A stretch of DNA of 61,345 nt, counting the filler. It is 3 parts of 3 records of this genome, joined end to end, with 100 filler letters (N's around TTAATTAATTAA, not from the genome) between each part and the next. Parts side by side here need not be neighbours in the genome. Positions count along the whole stretch, not along the records: positions 1 to 26,077 come from SRR20825010_401; positions 26,178 to 51,588 come from SRR20825010_410; 1 more part is not named here. The stretch is one strand, 5' to 3'. The notes under the pieces were generated by a model. That model saw nothing but the letters and a program-made list of their open reading frames with translations. It did not search any database and was not told the origin of the DNA. How positions within the stretch are numbered: position 1 is the stretch's first letter; every line of letters starts with the position of its first letter. This document shows positions 19,808 to 28,200 of the stretch, piece after piece. The position numbers were made by a program, and so were the translations under genes.

Positions 19808-20356
19808 ATGGAGCGCAAATCTTTCGGAATTCGAATGGAAAAAATCCTCTTGGCAGAGGTGGACGACTACGCAGCAGAGCAGGAAATGACCCGCAGTCTC
19901 GCAATAGAAGAACTTGTACGCAGCCAGTTGCAGTGGACAACAGGAAAGACCTTAGCACAAAACCAAGACCAAGAAAGTGGTGCGGCGGCAGCTAAGTGGG
20001 GTCGTGAAACCGCCCCCATGATCGCAAAACACTTCGGGGCCGTTCAGATACGACCAAACGTCAACGAATTTGAAATAGACGGTAGCCAAATTGCAATAAA
20101 AACAGCCTCAAAAACGAACAAGAAAATCGGTGTATACAATACAGTTCGAGATCGCGTGACATACATTTGGGGAGCTTTTCAGCAAAAAGATGATAGCTTT
20201 GATATCTATGAATTGACACCCAAGACATGGAAAGACCATGCTAAAAAAGCTACCCCGTCTAGCCCCAACTACGGCAAGCTGACTTTTATGGATGAATCGA
20301 CCTGTCGCGACCATTCGTGTCGCAAAGTAGGCACCCTAACTCTTAACCTATCTTGA
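19808..20356 (+). CDS. Ribbon-helix-helix domain fused to an uncharacterised domain, possibly PD-(D/E)xK nuclease-like
   Basis: N-terminus KSFGIRM-EKILLAEVDDYAAEQE-MTRSLAIEELV fits RHH; C-terminus NEFEIDGSQIAIKT...WGAF...IYELTP; strong RBS; AT-rich. Confidence 0.7.
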   Translation: MERKSFGIRMEKILLAEVDDYAAEQEMTRSLAIEELVRSQLQWTTGKTLAQNQDQESGAAAAKWGRETAPMIAKHFGAVQIRPNVNEFEIDGSQIAIKTASKTNKKIGVYNTVRDRVTYIWGAFQQKDDSFDIYELTPKTWKDHAKKATPSSPNYGKLTFMDESTCRDHSCRKVGTLTLNLS

Positions 20357-20864
20357 GCACATCATCCGGCCCCACGAGCCGCAGGAAACGTTTGAACGCA
20401 TCGATCTTGAGCGCAACACAGCCTTCTGTGGGCGTAAACCCTTCCCGTGCGATATGCATGAAAATGGCGCTGCCATGCCCCGGCACCACCGGGTCATCGT
20501 TATGGCCGATCACAATAATGAGGTCATACACATCGTCGTCTCGCCACATCTTCTCATGGGATGGCCCGAAAGGCAGGCGCACCAGCTTGTTATAGTGCGG
20601 GCTCTCCGTGTCATCGCACCAGCCAAAATCAGGCTTCAGCATTTTCACCGGCAGGCAGGAAAGTGGTTCTTCCACTTTGTCAGGCCGGTAAAACGCATAG
20701 CGGAACGGATAGCTGCCAATGGGTGTCGCGCCGTCACCTTCGCGTTTGCTGCTGTCTGCCACCATGCCGCCGCGCCCTAGCGCACAGGGTGCCTCAAACA
20801 AGGGGCCGGTGAGCAGGCCCTTGCGGCCGTCCGTCTCGCTCAAGCTGACCGACCACACAGCCAT
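20343..20864 (-). CDS. L,D-transpeptidase (YkuD-like) family protein
   Basis: KREGDGATP, GSAIFMH...TEGCVA catalytic His/Cys. Confidence 0.9.
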   Translation of the reverse strand: MAVWSVSLSETDGRKGLLTGPLFEAPCALGRGGMVADSSKREGDGATPIGSYPFRYAFYRPDKVEEPLSCLPVKMLKPDFGWCDDTESPHYNKLVRLPFGPSHEKMWRDDDVYDLIIVIGHNDDPVVPGHGSAIFMHIAREGFTPTEGCVALKIDAFKRFLRLVGPDDVLKIG

Positions 20865-20866
20865 GG

Positions 20867-21955
20867 CTAAAGCAGGTGGCCCGTGCGGGCCTTTTTGGTG
20901 GCGAGATAATTCTCATTATGCGGGTTGGCTTCAAACGCGTGGGCCACACGTTCCGCCACACGAATACCGAAGCGCTCCAACCCTTCAACCTTGTTGGGGT
21001 TATTGGTCATCAGCCGCACAGCTTTGAAGCCAAGCTGTTTGAGCATTTCCGCTGCGGGCGCAAAAACGCGCTCGTCCACATCAAAACCAAGCCGGGTGTT
21101 GGCGTCTACGGTATCATAGCCCTGATCCTGCAGCGCGTAGGCCTTGAGCTTTGAGATAAGCCCGATGCCGCGCCCCTCTTGCGCGAGATAGAGGAGCACA
21201 CCGCCGCCCGCTTCCGCGATCAGCTTGATGGCGCCACGAAGCTGCTCACCGCAGTCGCACTTAAGCGAGCCCAAGAGGTCGCCCGTGAAACACTCACTGT
21301 GGATACGCATCAGAACCGGGTCGTGGGTATTGGGCTCACCAATCACAATAGCGATATGTTCCACCCCGCCCGCAAGCGGCCGGAAGGAGACAAGCCGGGT
21401 GTTCTCAGCGCCCGCGAGCGGCACCCGTGCTGACGCCACCTGCTTCAGCATTGAGGCTTGGGTGAGGTCCGCGTCCAATACCACTTCCGCACTAACTTCC
21501 AGGAGGCCATGCGTTGCCGCAAAACCGGGTTCCACTTCTGCGGCGACAACAGCGGGCAAAAGCCGCGCCCATTTGGTGAGCTTGATGGCGGCGCGGTCAG
21601 TCGCACCGTCTTTATGTTCAAGCCGCCGGAACGGCCCTTTGAGCGGGGTGGCGAGGTCAAGCGTCGGGTCAGCAAGCGCAACGATATCGTCCGCGCTCAT
21701 CCAGCCCGGCCGCGCGAGCCGCACGACGGCCCAGTCTTCCCCCGCCACCTTGAGGGAGGCCGCACGGTTGTTGGTCAGCATTACAAAGCTGCCACCTGTG
21801 ATCGCATCAAAGCGCGCAAGAGAAGGCGTGTTCGCAAGCTCCGCCGGCAACAGCGCAAGCGCAAGCGCACCGTCTGTTACAACAGCGGGGTAACCCCGGC
21901 GCAAATCATCCGCCGCGCGTTCCAGCATCAAGAGTGTATCTGTGGTTTCAGCCAT
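20867..21955 (-). CDS. ribA: GTP cyclohydrolase II with a degenerate DHBP-synthase-like N-terminus
   Basis: RIHSECFTGDLLGSLKCDCGEQL, QEGRGIGL, LMTNNPNK. Confidence 0.95.
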   Translation of the reverse strand: MAETTDTLLMLERAADDLRRGYPAVVTDGALALALLPAELANTPSLARFDAITGGSFVMLTNNRAASLKVAGEDWAVVRLARPGWMSADDIVALADPTLDLATPLKGPFRRLEHKDGATDRAAIKLTKWARLLPAVVAAEVEPGFAATHGLLEVSAEVVLDADLTQASMLKQVASARVPLAGAENTRLVSFRPLAGGVEHIAIVIGEPNTHDPVLMRIHSECFTGDLLGSLKCDCGEQLRGAIKLIAEAGGGVLLYLAQEGRGIGLISKLKAYALQDQGYDTVDANTRLGFDVDERVFAPAAEMLKQLGFKAVRLMTNNPNKVEGLERFGIRVAERVAHAFEANPHNENYLATKKARTGHLL

Positions 21956-22125
21956 GCACCCTCATATAGGGGAAAGTTTGCTAAAGTCAGTACTGCTTTT
22001 TTGGCTCGCTCGCATTTTGATCAATCAAATGTGAGTGTGCGTGATGACAGAATAGCTTTCCTCTTCTTATATAGGGGTGGTTGAAGCATACTGTGAAATA
22101 ATTTTCTACTGTCCCGGAGGACCAT

Positions 22126-22821
22126 ATGGCTGTGAGGAAACTGCTGCTCGTTGACGACGATGTTGATTTGCGTGAAGGGCTGGCCGAACAACTGGCACTA
22201 TGCGACGAGTTTTCAACTGTGGAGCAAGGCACCGCCGCGGATACCCTGAGCTTCCTGAAGGACAATCAGGTGGACATGATCATTTTGGACGTCGGCCTGC
22301 CTGATATGGACGGGCGCGAGCTTTGCAAACGCATCCGCAAAAACGGCATATCCGTGCCGATCCTCATGCTTACCGGGAATGTGTCTGACGCTGATACGGT
22401 GCTGGGGCTGGATGCAGGCGCCAATGATTACATCAACAAACCCTTCAGCTTTACCGTGCTGCTGGCGCGCATTCGTGCGCATTTCCGCCAGTATGAGCAA
22501 AGCGAAGACGCCACGTTTGATATCGGCCCCTACCAGTTTCGTCCCTCCGGCAAAATACTGGAAGAGAAAGACAGCGGCAAGAAAGTACGCCTGACAGAAA
22601 AAGAAACCGCCATCCTCAAATATCTGTACCGCGCGAGCGGCAAACCTGTGGGCCGGGAAGAATTGCTGACCGAGGTATGGGGTTATAACTCAGGCGTGAC
22701 CACACACACGCTCGAAACCCATGTGTACCGCCTGAGGCAGAAGATCGAGCCACAACCCAATATGGCGCGTATCCTGATCACAGAGCCGGGTGGTTATAGC
22801 CTGCAAGGACTTGGGGCTTAG
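22126..22821 (+). CDS. cenR: OmpR-family response regulator, CenR-like
   Basis: LLVDDD, ILDVGLPD, EVWGYNSGVTTHTLETHVYRLRQKIE; divergent from ribA. The family is certain; the cenR name is recalled from the motif and context. Confidence 0.75.
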   Translation: MAVRKLLLVDDDVDLREGLAEQLALCDEFSTVEQGTAADTLSFLKDNQVDMIILDVGLPDMDGRELCKRIRKNGISVPILMLTGNVSDADTVLGLDAGANDYINKPFSFTVLLARIRAHFRQYEQSEDATFDIGPYQFRPSGKILEEKDSGKKVRLTEKETAILKYLYRASGKPVGREELLTEVWGYNSGVTTHTLETHVYRLRQKIEPQPNMARILITEPGGYSLQGLGA

Positions 22822-22824
22822 CGC

Positions 22825-23670
22825 CTAGCCAAGCTCAAATGTGGTGATGCCAAATATCTGGCCTGCTGCGATATCCGGCAGGCCTTTTTGGTACATGCGC
22901 GCGGTGGCGAACACTTTTTCCATACCACGCTTTTTGGCGAGGCGGACGGCATCTGCATTGTTTTCAGGCGTGTCGAGGATGATAAGCTCACCTGCGATAT
23001 CGCTTTGAAGCGCATCAAAAAGGCATTCGGCCACATCCATATTATCGGAAAACAGCGGCCCGACCTTATAGCCCTTAAGGCACTTTCGGCGCACCGCATA
23101 GCCCATCACACGCCCATCTTTTTCAAAAACGACAGCGCGCGCAAATGTCTGGCCAAACCAGGCTTTCAGAAAAGCATCCCGGTAGGCAGGGAAACACTGG
23201 CGGTCATAGCACCGGATGGCGTCAAAGTCGTCAGGCTTAAGGGCACGAACATGCTCTGAGCCCTGCGCTGGCGCGCGCGCTTCGCCCTCAAATCGGCAGT
23301 TTTCATAAAAGGCTTCATAGCCGATACGCTCATAGATTTTCACATTCTCGAGCACACCATCGATGCCCACGTTGCGGTCGCCACAGTATTCGAGCCGTGC
23401 TTTTGTGAGCGCAAGCCCGTGCCCGCCGCCCCGATGTTCGGGCGCCACAATATAAAGCCCGCAAAAGGCATAAGCATCGTCGTAACAAACCGCGCTGCCG
23501 GTTGCGATAATCTGGCCGTCCAGCACGCCTTTGAAAAAGCCGTTCGGGTCTGCGCGGAAAAAACAATCCGCATCATTCACGCCCAGGTTCCACCCTTCCC
23601 GCGCGGCCCAACCGGTTGCTGTCTGCACATCTGCGGCAGTCATTCGCTCTATATGATACCCTTTAGGCAT
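22825..23670 (-). CDS. Tandem GNAT N-acetyltransferase
   Basis: WAAREGWN, LYIVAPEHRGGGHGLAL, KVGPLF, FATARMY, TTFELG. Confidence 0.88.
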   Translation of the reverse strand: MPKGYHIERMTAADVQTATGWAAREGWNLGVNDADCFFRADPNGFFKGVLDGQIIATGSAVCYDDAYAFCGLYIVAPEHRGGGHGLALTKARLEYCGDRNVGIDGVLENVKIYERIGYEAFYENCRFEGEARAPAQGSEHVRALKPDDFDAIRCYDRQCFPAYRDAFLKAWFGQTFARAVVFEKDGRVMGYAVRRKCLKGYKVGPLFSDNMDVAECLFDALQSDIAGELIILDTPENNADAVRLAKKRGMEKVFATARMYQKGLPDIAAGQIFGITTFELG

Positions 23671-23684
23671 GGCTGGCTGTCGCG

Positions 23685-24467
23685 CTAGAACTTGAAATCA
23701 ACCAGCACCGGTGCATGGTCCGATGGTTTTTCCCAGCCCCGTGCGTCGCGCAGCACTTCCATATGCACTGGCGTGTCCCGGAGGCTTGGGCTCACCCACA
23801 CATGGTCAAGCCTGCGGCCTTTGTCAGCAAGCGACCAATCCCGCGCTCTATATGACCACCAGCTATAAAGCTTCTCAGGCACCGGTTTGAAAATGCGCAT
23901 CACATCCACCCAGTCGTGCGCGGCCATCATGGCCAGCATGCCGTCAGTCTCTATGGGTGTGTGCGACACCACCTTGAGGAGTTTTTTATGGTCCCACACA
24001 TCGTCTTCATAGGGCGCGATATTAAGGTCCCCCACCAGAATGCTGGGTTCTTTCAACTCTTTTGACCAGGCGGTCATCTCTTCCATGAACTTGAGCTTGT
24101 GGGCAAATTTGTCGTTGATGGCCGGGTCTGGCTCATCACCGCCCGCAGGCACATAGAAGTTGTGAAGCACAGGTCCTTCCTTGAGCTTGATGGCGATATG
24201 GCGGGCATCGCCCTTGGTGCACCAGTCAATATGGAAGCTGTCATCAAAGGGGGCTTTGGCAGCTGTTGCCACGCCGTGGTGGCCCTTCTGGCCATGAATG
24301 GCCAGATGCGGCATGCCGATCTCTTCAAAAAAACCACGCGGGAACATGTCCGTATGCACCTTGATTTCCTGCAAGCACAAAACGTCCGGCTTATAGGTCT
24401 CAACAAGCTGGCGCACGATATCAAGCCGCGCCCGTACTGAGTTGATGTTCCAGGTGATGATCCGCAT
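23685..24467 (-). CDS. xth: Exodeoxyribonuclease III
   Basis: TWNINSVRAR, LCLQEIK, GDLNIAP, GRRLDH, SDHAPV. Confidence 0.95.
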   Translation of the reverse strand: MRIITWNINSVRARLDIVRQLVETYKPDVLCLQEIKVHTDMFPRGFFEEIGMPHLAIHGQKGHHGVATAAKAPFDDSFHIDWCTKGDARHIAIKLKEGPVLHNFYVPAGGDEPDPAINDKFAHKLKFMEEMTAWSKELKEPSILVGDLNIAPYEDDVWDHKKLLKVVSHTPIETDGMLAMMAAHDWVDVMRIFKPVPEKLYSWWSYRARDWSLADKGRRLDHVWVSPSLRDTPVHMEVLRDARGWEKPSDHAPVLVDFKF

Positions 24468-24524
24468 GGTCGCTGCCCCCTATATTTGTTGTCGCACGCC
24501 CGGTTATCAGGGCAGGTCTTGTTC

Positions 24525-25112
24525 TTAAAAAATCAAAAAGCTGTTGCCGATAATGCCAATGGGCCAGCGGCCTTTTTCAAACAGCTGAAACCTGAGCACA
24601 AACGGATGGTCTTCCTCCGCCCCTGTCATGGCTGCAAGCGCTGCCTGATAGGTGGCCTGCACCGCAGCCCCCGAGGTTGCGCGTACAAATTCTTCATCAA
24701 AAATGCGAAGCTCCTGCGCTGCTTCCATGGCAGCAGCCTCAATGGCTTCAGAGGTGCCCTGCGCCACATGGGTCATGACCATCTCAAGCGTTTGCTCGTC
24801 CAGCACGTCAAGCGCGTCATCGGTGAGCGTGGCGCGGAGCTGCTCTTCCGCCTCCCACGCCGGGCTGTTGACCTCGGTGTTTTCTGCGGCGTCTGCCGCC
24901 TCTTCCCAGTCAGCCATGAAAGCCGGATAGGCTTCAGGGAAACCAAGCGCGTTGGCGTAAGCGCGGGCCAGGTCCACCGTGCGGCGATCAGGCTCTTCCC
25001 CAAGTGTGCGGAACCAGCGAACATTGCTCGCCAGCGTGAGGAACGGCGCCACGGCCTTCAAGCCCGGGCTTTCCTCAAACAATTCGTCAAGATCGGTATC
25101 TTCAATGTCCAT
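24525..25112 (-). CDS. Hypothetical acidic protein
   Basis: Co-oriented between lolA and xth with host-like codon usage; start could be GTG 25121. Confidence 0.7.
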   Translation of the reverse strand: MDIEDTDLDELFEESPGLKAVAPFLTLASNVRWFRTLGEEPDRRTVDLARAYANALGFPEAYPAFMADWEEAADAAENTEVNSPAWEAEEQLRATLTDDALDVLDEQTLEMVMTHVAQGTSEAIEAAAMEAAQELRIFDEEFVRATSGAAVQATYQAALAAMTGAEEDHPFVLRFQLFEKGRWPIGIIGNSFLIF

Positions 25113-25215
25113 AACCACCACTTAAGCCTTCCGTGTCAGACGCCTTTCATGGCCTAGCCTGAGCGCATGACAGGCGCAAGCACAAATAGATCACATCACG
25201 GTCAGGCAAAAGGGA

Positions 25216-25890
25216 TTACCGGATACGGCGGCGTTTCGCGAGGCCACGCGGGTCTTCAAATTCCCACAATTTGTCATCAAGGCTAACATTCTGATCTTGG
25301 CCGGAAAGCTCCACGAATGTCACGCGGTCTTCCGCGTCCACCACCGCCCATGAGGTGAGCATGATATCGCCTGCAAATCCATCTGTCTGCCGGAAGTAAA
25401 GCGTGATGGTGCCAAGTTCGGGCCGTTCGCTGTCCTGTGCCATAAGCGCAATCACACCCGTGGCGCCCGCAGGCTCCAGCTCAATATTCGCGCCAAGGGA
25501 TGCGAGGTCGATGGAATTGCCAAGAAGAGCACGCAGCGGCGTTTCCTTGACCGGCCATTTGGTGACCTGCCCGATTTCATAGTCGATGAAATTAAGCGTC
25601 TTGCCGTCCGCCACCACAAGGAATGGGGTTTCGTCTGCATAGTCGAAACGAATACGGCCGGGCCGTTCCAGATACAGCGTACCAGTGGCCACGGTGCCGT
25701 TTGGTGCATGCTGACGGAAGCTCGCTGTCAGGCTTTCCACCTCGTCCATATAGGTTTGCACCTGCCGAAGTGCCTTGAGGCTGTTGTCTTCCGTTACCGT
25801 CTGTTCTTCAAGCGGCGGCAATTCATCTTGTGCCACCACAGCCGGAGCCAAAAGCCCCATCATCACTAAAAACATCATGCGAAAACGCAT
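25216..25890 (-). CDS. lolA: Outer-membrane lipoprotein carrier LolA family
   Basis: ASFRQ, GTLYLERPGRIRFDY, VVADGK, TPLRALL; directly downstream of ftsK. Confidence 0.88.
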   Translation of the reverse strand: MRFRMMFLVMMGLLAPAVVAQDELPPLEEQTVTEDNSLKALRQVQTYMDEVESLTASFRQHAPNGTVATGTLYLERPGRIRFDYADETPFLVVADGKTLNFIDYEIGQVTKWPVKETPLRALLGNSIDLASLGANIELEPAGATGVIALMAQDSERPELGTITLYFRQTDGFAGDIMLTSWAVVDAEDRVTFVELSGQDQNVSLDDKLWEFEDPRGLAKRRRIR

Positions 25891-25924
25891 TAAATCATCC
25901 TTGCTGTCATTACGCGGGGGTGTT

Positions 25925-26077
25925 TTAGAAATCTTCTTCCCGCTCGGGCACCAGCACTTCGCGTTGGCCCTTATGGTTTGGTGCGCTGATCACACCTTGT
26001 TCTTCCATCTCTTCAATAAGCGACGCGGCCTTGTTGTAACCGATTTTCAGGCGGCGCTGGATATAGCTGGTGGACGC
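25925..26077 (-). CDS. ftsK: FtsK C-terminal gamma domain (partial, cut by contig end)
   Basis: Manual translation: [42 protein letters not shown]...EDF*. Confidence 0.92.
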   Translation of the reverse strand, partial: ASTSYIQRRLKIGYNKAASLIEEMEEQGVISAPNHKGQREVLVPEREEDF

Positions 26078-26177
26078 NNNNNNNNNNNNNNNNNNNNNNN
26101 NNNNNNNNNNNNNNNNNNNNNTTAATTAATTAANNNNNNNNNNNNNNNNNNNNNNNNNNNNNNNNNNNNNNNNNNNN
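26078..26177. other. Artificial contig linker
   Basis: 44 N + TTAATTAATTAA (six-frame stop) + 44 N. Confidence 0.98.
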
Positions 26178-26200
26178 AGTCGTATACAGAATGACAACAA

Positions 26201-26226
26201 TTAGCCGATGGGCGTCAGCCCCGGTT
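26201..26226. repeat. One arm of a putative planctomycete REP-like repeat
   Basis: TTAGCCGATGGGCGTCAGCCCCGGTT, recalled as resembling Pirellulaceae intergenic repeats; single copy here, next to the contig edge. Confidence 0.35.
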
Positions 26227-26397
26227 GGCGTCTGATTGACCGCCGCCAATGCGGTACGACTCATTAACAGCCCGCTAGGGGCCCGATCGTGGATATGCCG
26301 ATTTCGATACTTGGTACAAACCGTGACGTGCTTCCTGCGTGGGGATCTCGATTGGAGTATCACGCGGCGCTTCGCTCTTTTCTGACTGCATGAATCC

Positions 26398-28200
26398 ATG
26401 ACTAATCGTTTTACGTATCCATTGAGGCTGGTTCCTCGCTTTGCGGTTCTCATTGGGCTCGTCTCCGTGGCCGGATGTGCACCCGAGGAAGAGGTCAAAT
26501 TCGAAAAGGCACCTCGGCCCGTCGAAGTCATGACGCTGACCCGGTCGGTGCCGGTTTCGTCGTACACCGCGTCGGGCAGCGTGCAGTCATGGAAGACGGA
26601 GGACATTGGGTTCGAAGTCGGTGGGAAGGTATCGTGGGTTTTGGAACCAGGCGAAAACATTGATGGGCGAGTCATCGATGTGGACGGGAAGATGGTCCAA
26701 CATGGAACTCCGCTCGCCCAAATTGAACCGGAACGCTACGAAATTGCCGTCGAGTCTGCCGTCGCCGATCTGGAAGTCGCGAAGCTGAACAAGGAAAGCA
26801 TCGAGATCCGATTGAAGGAGTCTTTGCCAGCGGAAATGGAGTCCGCGCGTGCGAATTTGTCTCTTGCAGAAATGGAGTTTTCACGCATCGAAAACTTGAA
26901 GCAACAAAACGCGGCTTCCAAAAGCGAATACGACCAAGCTCGAAATTTGGTGCAAACGAGATTGGCTTCGTTGAGCGGTTTGCTTGCCACTGAGAAACAA
27001 ACGCGAGCAGAGTTGAAGTCGGCGGAGTCGCAAATTCGACGCGCTGAACAAACCCTGCGTGATGCGCAACGTGATTTGGAACACACGACTTTGTACGGTT
27101 CCTATCAAGGTCAGATCTCAGGTGTGAATGTTGTTCCGGGCAGTGTCGTCAATGCGGGTGATCCGGTGTTGACGTTGCAGATGACCAACCCAATCAAGGT
27201 GGAAGTGGAATTGTCGGCGAAGCAATCTCGGTCGATGCGACGCCGCCATCAGTTACCAACTACCTATGCGTTGCCTGATGGCACCCAGCGGAACACCAAC
27301 GCTTTTGTCTACAACGTCGATGCGAGTGCGGATCCCGACACTCGGACGTTCACAATGACGTTGTTGTTGTTGAATGAACGTCTGCGGGATCCACTGCCAG
27401 GAGACCTGCCCGAGGACAAAGTGGCTCGTTCCGAAGACCTGTGGCCACTACGACTGAACCGAATGATGGGCACGTCGGACAAAGTTGTGTTGGTGGAGGA
27501 AGAGTCAATTTACCATGATGACCAAGGTGCTTACATCTACCTCGTGACAAACAGCAAATTGCGAGAACGCCTGCCTGACGTTGTGAAGGTGCGACGACAA
27601 AGATTGGTTGAAAACGAACTCAAAATTCCATTCTTGGGAAACTGGGTTTTTCGAAGTGTTCAAATGCTGGACGACAGCGGAGAACATATCGACATCGATT
27701 TGGACTCGCTCTACGTCGGTAGGTTTGTGGGCGATCCAAACGCAGACTCACCGAACGCGACTGGCGGCGGGACGCCTCCTCAAAATTGGGACGGTGAGTC
27801 AATCGTTTTGGACCCCGGTTCGGAATGGATGCTGCGTCCCGGAGAATTGGTGTCCGTTGATTTGGCTGACCAGAACGAGAAAAAGGGTTTCTTTGTTCCG
27901 TTTGACGCCATCGATGAAGAAGCTGGTCAGGCATTCTTGTACGTGGTGAAAGACAACCGAGCTTCCAAGGTAGCTGTCGATGTGATTTCGCGAGACAACT
28001 TGGACCTCGGATCGATGATCGAGATTCAATCGCCAGAACTGAGTGAAGGCATGCTGGTGATCGTTCGAGGTGTGCACTTCCTGAGCGATGGTGAGAAAGT
28101 TCGGAAGGTGGGTGCGGCCCGACGACTGGATGAACTGGAAGAAGGCCATCTGCCCGGTAACCCGATGCCACCAATGGTGGTCGAAGGAGCCGCAGAATGA
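26398..28200 (+). CDS. RND periplasmic adaptor (MFP), unusually long (600 aa)
   Basis: Lipobox VAGC, IGFEVGGKV, coiled-coil hairpin, DPDTRTF, LRPGELV, IVRGVHFLSDGEKV. Confidence 0.88.
   Translation: MTNRFTYPLRLVPRFAVLIGLVSVAGCAPEEEVKFEKAPRPVEVMTLTRSVPVSSYTASGSVQSWKTEDIGFEVGGKVSWVLEPGENIDGRVIDVDGKMVQHGTPLAQIEPERYEIAVESAVADLEVAKLNKESIEIRLKESLPAEMESARANLSLAEMEFSRIENLKQQNAASKSEYDQARNLVQTRLASLSGLLATEKQTRAELKSAESQIRRAEQTLRDAQRDLEHTTLYGSYQGQISGVNVVPGSVVNAGDPVLTLQMTNPIKVEVELSAKQSRSMRRRHQLPTTYALPDGTQRNTNAFVYNVDASADPDTRTFTMTLLLLNERLRDPLPGDLPEDKVARSEDLWPLRLNRMMGTSDKVVLVEEESIYHDDQGAYIYLVTNSKLRERLPDVVKVRRQRLVENELKIPFLGNWVFRSVQMLDDSGEHIDIDLDSLYVGRFVGDPNADSPNATGGGTPPQNWDGESIVLDPGSEWMLRPGELVSVDLADQNEKKGFFVPFDAIDEEAGQAFLYVVKDNRASKVAVDVISRDNLDLGSMIEIQSPELSEGMLVIVRGVHFLSDGEKVRKVGAARRLDELEEGHLPGNPMPPMVVEGAAE

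Noticed and set aside
26122..26133. TTAATTAATTAA repeated at 26122 and 51633 as a biological repeat or att site
   Set aside because: It is a six-frame stop spacer embedded in fixed-length N runs, i.e. an assembly artefact.
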